The notes under the pieces are model-generated. The model had not been told where the DNA came from. It made no database searches and saw only the letters and a list, made by a program, of their open reading frames with translations. This document shows positions 13,001 through 22,137 of a stretch of DNA of 27,643 nt, piece by piece; the stretch's first letter is position 1, and each line of letters opens with the position of its first letter. Made by a program: the position numbers and the translations under genes. This DNA is from Candidatus Hadarchaeota archaeon. GTDB lineage: Archaea; CAYQAE01; CAYVLA01. The stretch lies in assembly GCA_964452145.1 (NCBI GenBank), contig CAYVLA010000038.1, forward strand, positions 1-27,643, written 5' to 3'.

Positions 13001-13297
13001 ATGGCATCTAAGCTGAAGATCTTGGTCTGGGAGAACGTGGATAGCACCGATGAGGAGCCCATGGTCGACGTCACCATCCCTACGTATCTGGCGAAATGGA
13101 TTCCCAGAATGATGAAGTTCATGCCCAGGAAGGCCCGCGCCGAGCTGTGGGGCGAAGAGGTGGATATGGCCGAGTTCAACCTGGAGGAGATGATAGACGA
13201 GGCCATCAAAGCCGGCAGGTCCGAGATCATGGAAGTCAAGGGCAAGGATCCGCAGACGGGCAAGAGATCCCTGATGAGGGTGTTTCTGGAGGAATAG
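13001..13297 (+). CDS. Small conserved hypothetical protein (resembles DUF2089/YvlB-type C-terminal domains)
   Basis: Codon pattern like neighbouring genes; VTIP..LAK...KFMP...LEEMIDEAIK...VFLE pattern; TATA-like TTTATG at about 12964. Family assignment is tentative. Confidence 0.7.
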   Translation: MASKLKILVWENVDSTDEEPMVDVTIPTYLAKWIPRMMKFMPRKARAELWGEEVDMAEFNLEEMIDEAIKAGRSEIMEVKGKDPQTGKRSLMRVFLEE

Positions 13298-13303
13298 GTC
13301 CCT

Positions 13304-13531
13304 TTGACGATCAGGGTGAACCTGACGACCGTCTTTCCAGGCGTCGTCCTCTTCCTGCTCGGCCTCCTGGTCCTCATCGGATGCGGATTCGCCTTCCTGA
13401 TCTGGTTATTCCTTCGCTTCGACTTCTCCGGAGTCCTCATAGCCCTAATCCTGGGTTTGCTACTGTTGGGGTCCGGGCTTTACCTGATCTTCACGGGAAT
13501 CTCCTTCTGGAGCCTGGTCAGGATGCGCTGA
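13304..13531 (+). CDS. Small membrane protein (two predicted TM helices)
   Basis: 75 aa, two long hydrophobic segments separated by RFDFS; TTG start 6 nt after the upstream stop. Confidence 0.7.
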   Translation: MTIRVNLTTVFPGVVLFLLGLLVLIGCGFAFLIWLFLRFDFSGVLIALILGLLLLGSGLYLIFTGISFWSLVRMR

Positions 13532-13604
13532 GTATGCGTACCCCCGGCGAGCGAGCGCAGCGCAACCTTTTCATAGCGGCAGGCCGTTCGCGGAGAAGAG
13601 CTAG

Positions 13605-14912
13605 GTGATTGGGTTGGAGGATGAACTCGCGATCCGGGGCGGAAAACCGGCGAAGACCACTCCGAATACCCCCATGTTCCCAGGGGCCCTTGAGATCGGC
13701 AGTCTCGAGAGGAAACACGTCCTAGAGGTTCTCAGAAACAGGAGGCTCTTCCGTTACTACGGCCCGGGGGTCGCCATCGACGAATTCCCCTCGAAGGCCG
13801 AGGCGCTCGAGCAGAGCATGGCCGCCAGGACGGGGGCAAGGCATGCCGTTGCCATGAACTCCTGCACGTCCGGCCTGATATCCTCCCTCGTGGCGTGCGG
13901 GGTTGGGCCGGGGGACGAGGTCATAATCCCGGCCTATACCTTTTTCGCGTCCTGTTCGGCAGTGCTGATTGCCAAGGCAATACCGACCCTTGCCGAGGTC
14001 GACGATTCGCTCACGCTGGACCCATCCGATCTTGAGGCCAAGATTACGGACAGAACGAGGGCCGTCATGCCGGTGCACATGAGAGGTGCTCCCTGCAGAA
14101 TGGACGAGATCATGCGGATCGCTCGCAGACACGAGTTGAAGGTGATCGAGGATGTTGCCCAGGCCATGGGCGGTTCCTTCAAGGGCAAGGCGCTGGGGAC
14201 ATTCGGAGATTGCGGATGCTTCAGTCTCCAGTATCACAAGATTCTGACCAGCGGGGAAGGAGGCATCGTTCTGACCAACGACGATGTCCTGTACGACAGG
14301 CTGAGGTCCTACCACGATTCCGCGGCATGCTGGCGCCCAAGGCGCTTCGCGTCACCCCGCTATGCGGGAGAGGTCTTTCCCGGCGAGAACTACCGCATGA
14401 GCGAACTCACGGCCGCCTTGGCCCTGGCCCAGCTCTCAAGGCTTGACGGGATACTCGACCGCATGCGCCGCAGGAAGAAGGCGATCAAGAGACGGATCGC
14501 CAACCTTCCGGGTCTGGAGTTCAGGCGTCTCAACGACGAGGAGGGCGACACGGGACTCTGTCTGATCATGTACCTTCCCGACACCGACACCACGAAGCAG
14601 TTCGCCGGAGCCTTGAGAGCCGAGGGCGTGAGCGCAGGTTGTCTTTACGATGAGGGGATCCCGGACTGGCATGTGTACGCCCACTGGCCCCACCTGATGA
14701 GGAAGCTGACGGCGACCACGGAGGGTTGCCCCTTCACCTGCCCGTACTACAAGGGACCCGAGCCGGAGTACACCGAGAACATGTGCCCCCGATCTCTGGA
14801 CCATCTCGGCCGATCGGTGCACGTCGACATCCCGCCCCAGATGCCCCTAAGCGACTGCGCCGCGATCTCGAAAGGGATAACCAAGGTCGCCCGCGCCCTT
14901 CTCGTCGGCTAG
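13605..14912 (+). CDS. DegT/DnrJ/EryC1/StrS-family PLP-dependent aminotransferase
   Basis: NSCTSG, GDEVIIPAYTF, PVHMRG, IEDVAQA, PLP lysine in SLQYHKILTSGEGG, GENYRMSE. The true start may be TTG at 13614. Confidence 0.95.
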   Translation: MIGLEDELAIRGGKPAKTTPNTPMFPGALEIGSLERKHVLEVLRNRRLFRYYGPGVAIDEFPSKAEALEQSMAARTGARHAVAMNSCTSGLISSLVACGVGPGDEVIIPAYTFFASCSAVLIAKAIPTLAEVDDSLTLDPSDLEAKITDRTRAVMPVHMRGAPCRMDEIMRIARRHELKVIEDVAQAMGGSFKGKALGTFGDCGCFSLQYHKILTSGEGGIVLTNDDVLYDRLRSYHDSAACWRPRRFASPRYAGEVFPGENYRMSELTAALALAQLSRLDGILDRMRRRKKAIKRRIANLPGLEFRRLNDEEGDTGLCLIMYLPDTDTTKQFAGALRAEGVSAGCLYDEGIPDWHVYAHWPHLMRKLTATTEGCPFTCPYYKGPEPEYTENMCPRSLDHLGRSVHVDIPPQMPLSDCAAISKGITKVARALLVG

Positions 14913-15967
14913 CCAAAGTCGATGACCGTCTTGATGTCATCACGATCCGGTAGAAAGGCCTGCTCGAAGTCCTCGGGCCGCAGACGCTTGGTGATGACCT
15001 GGGCCAGCACATCTCCGTAGCGGCGGCCGATCTCAGACATATCCCTGATCCCCATCTCAAAATGGGCCTTGTTCGAATTGACCGATCCGAAGACCACCCT
15101 GTTGGCCATCATCACATTTCTGAGGACCCGGCCATAATCCTCACAGGCCCTCTTCTCCCTGTAGTTGCCGAGCACGCACATCACACCGCTTCTTTGGAGG
15201 AGGCCCAGCCCCTCGATGGCTGGCTCCACCTTGCCGCTTGCTTCGATCACTATGTCGAACTCCGGCGGGAAGTCCTCCAGAGGACTCTCCCTCACGTTGA
15301 CGTACTGCGCCCCGATCCGCCGGACGATCCCAGCCTTGGGGCTGTCCCGCTCCCTCGTGGCGGCCACCCAGACGTCCAGATCCCTGAGCCTGAGGGCCAT
15401 TGCGGTTAGAAGTCCAAGCGGCCCCGCCCCGATGACGAAGGCCTGCCCGGGCTCCCACAGGGTTCTTTGGTGTATCAGGAAGGCCTGCGATACTGCCTTC
15501 TCGCCAACGCTCAACGGTTCCAGCAGGACCGCCAGATCCCCCATTCCGGGAGGAACTTTGATCAGGAAGGACGCATCGCACAGTGCGAAGTCTGAGGCGA
15601 AGCCGTGAAGCCGGCGGATCCCGTGCTCGACATAGTCCCCTCCGATGCACATGTCGGATTGGCCGGCCATGCAGTTCGGGCAGTTATCAGGTCGCCTGAC
15701 CGTCGGAACCACCCACTCCCCCTCCCTCACCTCGCACACACCCGGACCCAGCTCCGAAACCGTGCCAACAGCTTCATGGCCCAGGATCAGGTACTCACAA
15801 CCCTGCGGCGGCGTGCCGTAGATGCCCTCGTTTATCTCGCGATCCGTCCCATCTATGCCTACAAGACGCGTTCGCAGGAGCACTTGGCCCTTCCCGGGAG
15901 ACGGCTTGGGAACATCAGAAAGCCTGGCCGAATGCCTCTCAGGGGGACGAGCGATCACTGCCCTCAT
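14909..15967 (-). CDS. Zinc-dependent glucose 1-dehydrogenase (archaeal MDR type)
   Basis: GIDGTDREI, LGHEAVG, VVPTVRR, CPNC...DMC, EPLS, GAGPLG and GSVNS. ATG at 15967 or 15973; the longer ORF overlaps trxB. Confidence 0.9.
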   Translation of the reverse strand: MRAVIARPPERHSARLSDVPKPSPGKGQVLLRTRLVGIDGTDREINEGIYGTPPQGCEYLILGHEAVGTVSELGPGVCEVREGEWVVPTVRRPDNCPNCMAGQSDMCIGGDYVEHGIRRLHGFASDFALCDASFLIKVPPGMGDLAVLLEPLSVGEKAVSQAFLIHQRTLWEPGQAFVIGAGPLGLLTAMALRLRDLDVWVAATRERDSPKAGIVRRIGAQYVNVRESPLEDFPPEFDIVIEASGKVEPAIEGLGLLQRSGVMCVLGNYREKRACEDYGRVLRNVMMANRVVFGSVNSNKAHFEMGIRDMSEIGRRYGDVLAQVITKRLRPEDFEQAFLPDRDDIKTVIDFG

Positions 15968-15987
15968 GTACATCCCGTTTCCCGGCA

Positions 15988-16902
15988 CTATTCGCCTCTT
16001 AAGTACCTCTCCGCGTCGATGGCAGCGCGGCACCCCGCCCCGGCGGCAGTGACCGCCTGCCTGTATCGCCGATCCTGCGCATCTCCGGCTGCAAAAACCC
16101 CCTCCACGCTGGTCCGGGTACCCTCCCTGCAGACCACGTACCCGGATTGATCGAGTTCGACTTTGTCTTTGAAGATCTCGGTGGCGGGCTTGTGGCCAAT
16201 GGCCAAGAACACCGCATCGCACGGGAGGACCGATTCCTCGCCCGTCTTCACGTTCCGTATCCTGATACCTTCGACCCTCTGCTCACCCAGGATGTCCCTG
16301 ACCACGGCGTCCAGGCAGAACGAGATCTTGGATTCCCCTCTCACTCGCTCCTGGAGGATCTCGGAGGCCCTTAGGCGGTCCCTTCTGTGCACGATCTTCA
16401 CCTCGGACGCGAACCTAGCCAAGGCCAAGGCCTCCTCGACCGCGGAATCCCCTCCACCGACAACGATGGCCCTCTTGTTCTCATACAGGGCGGCATCACA
16501 TACCGAGCAGGTGGAGACCCCTCTTCCCCTGAGCCTCGCCTCGTTCTCCAACCCCAGCCACCTCGGGCTTGCACCCGTAGCGATTATCACGGCCCGGGAC
16601 TCGTAGAGCACCCCCCCTGCGCTCACCTTGAGAGGCCGGGATGAGAAGTCCACCGAGGAGGCATCCTTTGCCAGAAGCTGGGCCCCGAACTTCTCTGCCT
16701 GTTTCCAGATGTTCTGCATCAGCTCCGGGCCCTGAACGCCATCCTTGAATCCAGGGAAGTTCTCCACATCCGTCGTGAACATCAACTGCCCGCCCCATGC
16801 TGCTCCCGCAATGACTAAGGTCTTCAACCTGGCCCTGCTCGTGTATATGGCGGATGTCAAGCCGGCCACCCCTGAGCCTATGATCACAACATCGTACAAC
16901 AC
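15988..16902 (-). CDS. trxB: Thioredoxin-disulfide reductase
   Basis: YDVVIIGSGVAG, GGQL...VENFPG, redox motif GVSTCSVCD, NADPH site GGGDSAVEE...HRRD, GVFAAGD, RQAVTAAG. GTG at 16902 or TTG at 16899 after GGTGG. Confidence 0.95.
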   Translation of the reverse strand: MLYDVVIIGSGVAGLTSAIYTSRARLKTLVIAGAAWGGQLMFTTDVENFPGFKDGVQGPELMQNIWKQAEKFGAQLLAKDASSVDFSSRPLKVSAGGVLYESRAVIIATGASPRWLGLENEARLRGRGVSTCSVCDAALYENKRAIVVGGGDSAVEEALALARFASEVKIVHRRDRLRASEILQERVRGESKISFCLDAVVRDILGEQRVEGIRIRNVKTGEESVLPCDAVFLAIGHKPATEIFKDKVELDQSGYVVCREGTRTSVEGVFAAGDAQDRRYRQAVTAAGAGCRAAIDAERYLRGE

Positions 16903-17006
16903 TTGCCACCTTCCATTGATCTGGGTTCGCCAACATAAAACATCATCGGACAGCTCGCACCTGAAATCCTCATCGCAGATGCGCGATACACCGGCAAACG
17001 CGACCT

Positions 17007-17021
17007 GAAAACCTTTTATAG
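17007..17021 (+). promoter_or_regulatory. Putative BRE-TATA promoter of the dolichol kinase-like gene
   Basis: GAAAACC-TTTTATAG about 40 nt upstream of ATG 17058. Confidence 0.55.
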
Positions 17022-17057
17022 CTCCACTCCAAGCCGAAACTCGCCCTCCCAACGAGG

Positions 17058-17705
17058 ATGGGGTTTGTTGTGCAGTTGCTAATGGTCACGGCTGCCCTGT
17101 TTGTCTGGATGTTCGTGGTCATGCAGTTCTTGTCCAGGTGGGCCTACGGGTACTGCAAGAGGTTCGAGGGCGTGCCCTGCGAGTACGTCGGGAGGAAGGT
17201 CGTGCACTCGGCGGGAGGAGGGATCGTCACGCTTCTCATCCCCATCTTCTACGAGGGACAGTTCTGGATAGTCGTCGTCTCGGCCTTCCTGCTGGCAGGG
17301 TATGTCGTATTCAGAAGGAAGTGGCGCCCCATGTACTGGTTCCAGGTCAGGGAGAATGCCTACGAGGTCCACTTCGCCCTGGCCTATGGCACCGTGCTCG
17401 CCGTGGGGGTTGCTGTTGGCAACGTCTGGGTGGGGCTGATCCCAATGCTTTTCATGTCATTCGGGGATTCAGCAACCGGCCTTGTCCGGGCCTGCAGGCA
17501 GCGGAGGCATGTCAAGTCCTGGGACGGCACGATCGCCATGCTGGCGGTCTGCATCTGCTTCGGGGTCTGGAGGCTGGGTCTGTACGGGGTTCCGGTGGCC
17601 GTTGGTGCCAGCCTAGTTGAGAGGGTCCCCGGGGTCGATGACAATGTCACGATCCCGGTCCTGTCAGCTGCGCTTGTCTACCTCCAGCCTCTGCTGTCCT
17701 TGTAG
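17058..17705 (+). CDS. Dolichol/phytol kinase-like membrane protein (CTP-dependent polyprenol kinase family)
   Basis: Multi-TM protein with RKVVH, SFGDSATG, KSWDG and DDNV motifs. Confidence 0.85.
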   Translation: MGFVVQLLMVTAALFVWMFVVMQFLSRWAYGYCKRFEGVPCEYVGRKVVHSAGGGIVTLLIPIFYEGQFWIVVVSAFLLAGYVVFRRKWRPMYWFQVRENAYEVHFALAYGTVLAVGVAVGNVWVGLIPMLFMSFGDSATGLVRACRQRRHVKSWDGTIAMLAVCICFGVWRLGLYGVPVAVGASLVERVPGVDDNVTIPVLSAALVYLQPLLSL

Positions 17706-17972
17706 CCGATCTCGACCCGCATCCGAGGGCGGGGCCCGATCTGCCATCGTGCAGGCGCGTGTCGGATCTGCCGTCCGGCCCCCCCAGCTCATCCACAACT
17801 TCGCAAGCAGACGCTTCACCGCCGCATGGCCCGGACGCGGACGGGACCCGTACCGCTTTGGAGAAGCGCGCGGGATGAAGCCTTGGTCGGTAGGCGACCT
17901 CGGTACGTCTCGGCTTATGGCACGGTCTACAGACCGCCATCTTTGGGCACAGAGCATGGCAGAGCTGAGGCC

Positions 17973-19589
17973 CTATCCCTGAACCAATGTAACTCCCGGT
18001 ATCAGCGGTATGTCTATGCTCTTACGGAAGAAGCGCATCGAGTTGTCATAGATCCCTTTCTCGGTAAACATCATCCTGATCCATGTGCTGGGCCTGCAGA
18101 ACACGCCCCATGGAAGTTTGAAGGGGGCACCCCTTCTGACATCCCACAGCCTTCGCACCGCGCCTTTTCCGTCCAGGTCGAAAAGATCGTAGCTGAGTCT
18201 GCGATGATCCCATTCGCCCCCGGTGAAATCAGCGGCAAGCTTGATCCACCATGGCGGCATGCTGTCGGCTATCAGGGCGTCGGGCTTGCATCTAAACCTT
18301 CTGCCGAAATCCTTGGAGACATCCACCATCCTGGCGGGCCAATCCTGCCTTCCCCAGCCCGTCATGATGTTGATCCCCGCCGTCTCCACGGCGACCGGGT
18401 CCTTGCTAGCACACGCAAATCCGCCATACTTTCGCCGGCCGAAGATGAGGGGCCCTTCGCCTTCCTGGCCGACTATGCCGGACAGCAGGCCGAAAGTTCT
18501 GGTGCCGTTCTTTGCAAGGAGGTTGTGAACCGTGCCGTTTAGGCTTGCAGCCCGGCTGGCCACGTAGCTCATGGCCATGATAAGGGTTACGAGGTTGTTG
18601 CCTTCGAGGTGGTGGGGATCGACTTGAAGGAGCCATTCTCCCTCCTCTCTGTAGGCCTTCATGGGACCTGTGGATTCCTGTCCGTTTGTCACTATGACCT
18701 CTCTTGAGGTGGTTTCCTCCGGCTTCCTGACCCGGAGAACCTCGTACCGAATCTCCGGGTCTGGCGAGAAGCCGAAGGCCTCCGCCGCCTTATCGGCATT
18801 GAAGTACGCAAAGGGCATGCCATGCGCGTGCCACCGGTTCTGTTTCGGGTTCCATCCGATGGAGGAGTTCTTCACGCACAGGGTGTACATGGTGTTGTTA
18901 TGCATCTTGGCGATCGGGACGTTGAGGAAGTAGTTGTACTTCTCCTCGAGCAGAGACTGGGGTATCCGGGTCTTGGTGAAGTAGCCCAGGTCGTTGCCCC
19001 TGGTCTCCAGTGGATGCTCGACCAAGGTCTCCTCGTCCGAATACAGATCGATGAAGAAGACCTTGCCCTCGTAACCCGGGCGGGAGAAGACGTGGGAGTA
19101 CCCGTTCTCGAGGAAGGCTCTGGGGGTGCCCCCCTCCCAGAGCATGGTTTCCCCCAGATGGATCTCACCCGCCTTCATGTCTATCAGGGCATCTACTGCT
19201 CCCGCGATCACCGCAGGCTGGGTGGCAATGGGCTGTAGATCGGGGTCGGTCACGATCCGGTTCCTTTCCAGTATGGGGCGGCAGAGTGGACTGTTGTAGA
19301 AGACGCCAACGAAGCCTGTGTTGTTGGGTTTGACCAGGATCTTGGCACCGTCGATCGGCTCATCACCAAAGAGCTCCTTGGTCAGAACGTAGGATGCAGC
19401 GTAGTTGGCCGAGACGGGATCCTTCATTCCCACCCGGGCAAGATGGACTTCGGTGCTGCCCGAACCCAGCGCCGGCACCGGTCGCGGCTTGGAATCCTTC
19501 GGCTTCCGGTACTTGTGCACGCTAACCTTGGGAACGAGCCAGCCTTGCTGAGCCTGAAGCCATTCCCTCGGTTCGTGTCTGGTGAACAC
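17973..19589 (-). CDS. Large DUF362-domain protein
   Basis: ILVKPN, TQPAVI, GET, NVPIAKMH...TLCVKN, GQEGEGP and SKDPVAVE match the DUF362 motif order. Start uncertain (GTG at 19589 after GGAGG, or TTG at 19631). Confidence 0.75.
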   Translation of the reverse strand: MFTRHEPREWLQAQQGWLVPKVSVHKYRKPKDSKPRPVPALGSGSTEVHLARVGMKDPVSANYAASYVLTKELFGDEPIDGAKILVKPNNTGFVGVFYNSPLCRPILERNRIVTDPDLQPIATQPAVIAGAVDALIDMKAGEIHLGETMLWEGGTPRAFLENGYSHVFSRPGYEGKVFFIDLYSDEETLVEHPLETRGNDLGYFTKTRIPQSLLEEKYNYFLNVPIAKMHNNTMYTLCVKNSSIGWNPKQNRWHAHGMPFAYFNADKAAEAFGFSPDPEIRYEVLRVRKPEETTSREVIVTNGQESTGPMKAYREEGEWLLQVDPHHLEGNNLVTLIMAMSYVASRAASLNGTVHNLLAKNGTRTFGLLSGIVGQEGEGPLIFGRRKYGGFACASKDPVAVETAGINIMTGWGRQDWPARMVDVSKDFGRRFRCKPDALIADSMPPWWIKLAADFTGGEWDHRRLSYDLFDLDGKGAVRRLWDVRRGAPFKLPWGVFCRPSTWIRMMFTEKGIYDNSMRFFRKSIDIPLIPGVTLVQG

Positions 19590-19647
19590 GCTACCATCGC
19601 CTCCCTGTCCCTGAGTCCTGCCGTTCCCCAAAGCCGATAGATAAGTG

Positions 19648-20694
19648 CTATCTTCCGGCCAGATACCTGTCGTAGAAGGCCAGTATCTCCTCTGGACTGG
19701 CCGTTCCTGTCGTGCCTATCTTCTGTACGGTGACCTGGGCAGCATAGTGCCCCACCTCGGCCGCCTCCAGGAAGCTGGCCCCTGCCGCCAGAGCCCCCGC
19801 GATCCCTGCGTCAACCGTATCCCCGGCCCCGCAGGTATCCATCTCACCCTCAAGATCGACTTCCACCGTGTACTCCACCTTGTCCCCCTGGTGAAGGGCC
19901 ACTCCCTTGGCGCCGCGGGTCAGGAAGACAGGCCGGCCCAACATCCTGCTTAGCTCGCTCCCTGCCTTCTCGGCGACCTCATCGGGGATCTTCCCGGCCA
20001 TGGAGTCGTGGTACAGACCCGTGCCGACCGCGGCCTCGTACTCGTTGGGGGCACCCATGGTGTTCTCAAACATCTGGATGCGGGTTCTGCTGTCGGTGAT
20101 GATAGGGATGTCCGTCCGTGAGCCGATCAGCACTATCTCCTTCAGGATGCTCTCTGTGACCACCCACATGCCCGGACTGTCGGCGTAGTCCGCAACGATG
20201 ATGGCGTCGACGAACCCTGCAGCCTCCCTCAGGTTCTCCAACACGAGGTCCTCACTGGCCCTGCTTATCGCATTGGTGTTCTCCATATCCACCCTTCCCA
20301 CCTGCTGGACTCGGCTTCCGTGCGCGGTGGCGAAGAACTTCTCGAACGTGGGGGTTACCCTTGATTCATCCTTGACTATGTACTTGGTATCCATCCGCAT
20401 TGACTCAAGCTGCTTGGTCAGCTCGAAGCCGTGGAGGTCGTTGCCGAAGACGCTGATCGGATAGGTCCTGGGCCCCAGATCGGCGACGTTGGCACATACG
20501 TTCGCGCCGCCTCCGGGGCTATACCTGTTCGCCTTTGCTCCTCTTAACCGGACTATCGGCACCGGTGCCTCACGGGCGATCCCCTCCATCGTTCCAGTTC
20601 CGTACCTGTCCAGGTAGAGGTCTCCAATCACAGCGACCTTCGTTCTGGCCGCCTTTGACAGCAGCTCTTGGAGCCTTTCTCGCGGCATGATCAT
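19648..20694 (-). CDS. PfkB/ribokinase-family kinase, RfaE/HldE kinase-domain-like
   Basis: VIGDLYLDRY, EAPVP, GGGANV, ADY, PNEYE, TRGAKG and DTCGAGD. Confidence 0.9.
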   Translation of the reverse strand: MIMPRERLQELLSKAARTKVAVIGDLYLDRYGTGTMEGIAREAPVPIVRLRGAKANRYSPGGGANVCANVADLGPRTYPISVFGNDLHGFELTKQLESMRMDTKYIVKDESRVTPTFEKFFATAHGSRVQQVGRVDMENTNAISRASEDLVLENLREAAGFVDAIIVADYADSPGMWVVTESILKEIVLIGSRTDIPIITDSRTRIQMFENTMGAPNEYEAAVGTGLYHDSMAGKIPDEVAEKAGSELSRMLGRPVFLTRGAKGVALHQGDKVEYTVEVDLEGEMDTCGAGDTVDAGIAGALAAGASFLEAAEVGHYAAQVTVQKIGTTGTASPEEILAFYDRYLAGR

Positions 20695-20807
20695 GGCTCT
20701 TCCTCCGAGTCCTGGGGCAGTGCGGGTCCCGCCTTAAAATATGATCGCGGATCGGATCCGACCGCGCGGGCTTCTCGGCGGGATGTCTGAGGGGTCCGCT
20801 CTCCTGA

Positions 20808-21722
20808 CTATCCGAGCTTGGTCTGGGCGTGCTCTCGGGCATCCACCACCCGGCACAGGAGCGCGACCAGAGGGTTCACTGTGGCCGAATCGAGCTTCAT
20901 CGCCTCAACCAGATAGCCCCGTGCCCGGTCTGCATCAGGGGGTCTCTGCTCAGCTCGCCAGGTCTTGTGAACTGGAGGATTCAAGAAGTATTCCCTTGCC
21001 TCTGATAATCGTCCCAGCACTGTTCCGGGCCAACCCATCTGACCGGCAATCACGTCGAGGCCGCCGAGCCTCCGGATCAGATCGATCGATCTCCTAGCAC
21101 CGAAGCCGCGTATCCCTCCCGGGTTATAGTCGGTGCCGATGAGGAGGCCGACCTCGACCAGTCCCTTCCGATCCAGGCCCAGTGAATGCAGGGCATCGGA
21201 AAGCACGCAGATCTCGGCTCTGCCGCGGCGCAGGGATCGGACCATGCGGCTGGCGCCGAACAGCAGGGCATCATAGTCATTGGTGATCACTGCCCAGCAA
21301 CCGTGCATGGTCATGTACGATGCCTGGGCCTCTGCCTCTCCGGGGGCCTGGACCCAAGGGATGCCTAGAAGATTCAGAGCCAGCTTCATCTCGTCAACCA
21401 TGGATGCATCGAGCTCGAATCCTCGCGCCGATCGGGTTGATCGTCTGTCCATGGTCTCCTTCTTGAGAACGGGCGCTTCCCCGTCGAAGATGAAGACGGG
21501 CTTGACGCCGATTCGCGCCAGAATCGAGACCTCGTTGCAGAGACCGATGAGATGTCCGATCCTAGTTCCGCCCACGTTGCGGTAGGGCATGCCGTAGCGG
21601 TCTTTGATCTGGAACAGATGCCTGTAGATTACGTTGGAGATGTCCACCGCCACCGCCTCTGAGGCCATGGCTGATGCATCGATGATTGTGCGGGGCACCA
21701 CCGAGCCCAGTTTGACTCCCGT
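20808..21722 (-). CDS. FEN1/XPG-family 5' nuclease with shortened helical arch; ACG at the Met1 position
   Basis: xGVKLG N-terminus; acidic motifs VDISN, FIFDG, GEAEAQA, NDYDALLFG and GTDYN; H2TH GIRGFG; C-terminal QTKL. The first canonical start is GTG at 21701. Confidence 0.88.
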   Translation of the reverse strand, partial: TGVKLGSVVPRTIIDASAMASEAVAVDISNVIYRHLFQIKDRYGMPYRNVGGTRIGHLIGLCNEVSILARIGVKPVFIFDGEAPVLKKETMDRRSTRSARGFELDASMVDEMKLALNLLGIPWVQAPGEAEAQASYMTMHGCWAVITNDYDALLFGASRMVRSLRRGRAEICVLSDALHSLGLDRKGLVEVGLLIGTDYNPGGIRGFGARRSIDLIRRLGGLDVIAGQMGWPGTVLGRLSEAREYFLNPPVHKTWRAEQRPPDADRARGYLVEAMKLDSATVNPLVALLCRVVDAREHAQTKLG

Positions 21723-21735
21723 GAGGCAACCCCCT

Positions 21736-22137
21736 CTAGCCCTCGACTATGCCGATCTCCACCTTTCGGGATCGTGGGCCATCAAATTCGCAGAAGAAGA
21801 TCGACTGCCAGGTTCCCAGCAGGAGCCGCCCTCCCCTGATGAGGATGGTGGCCGAATGGCCGAGGAGACACGACTTGATGTGCGCGGCGGAGTTACCCTC
21901 CGAGTGGTGATAGTCCCCCTCCCAGGGGACGATCTCCTCAAGCTTGGCCGATATGTCACGGACAACTGCGGCGTCGGCCCCCTCATTCACCATGACCCCG
22001 GCCGTGGTGTGGGGAACGTAGATGACGCAGAAGCCTTGATCAATCCCGCTTTCCCTGACCCTTGACTCCACCTGCTCGGTGATGTCCAGCGACTGGCTCC
22101 TGGAGGATGTACTGATCCTGAGTTCTCCGAAGATCAT
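21736..22137 (-). CDS. yjbQ: YjbQ/UPF0047 family protein
   Basis: DIT, PHTTAG...NE...D, YHHSEGNSAAHIKS and LGTWQSIFFCEFDGPRSR. Confidence 0.93.
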   Translation of the reverse strand: MIFGELRISTSSRSQSLDITEQVESRVRESGIDQGFCVIYVPHTTAGVMVNEGADAAVVRDISAKLEEIVPWEGDYHHSEGNSAAHIKSCLLGHSATILIRGGRLLLGTWQSIFFCEFDGPRSRKVEIGIVEG

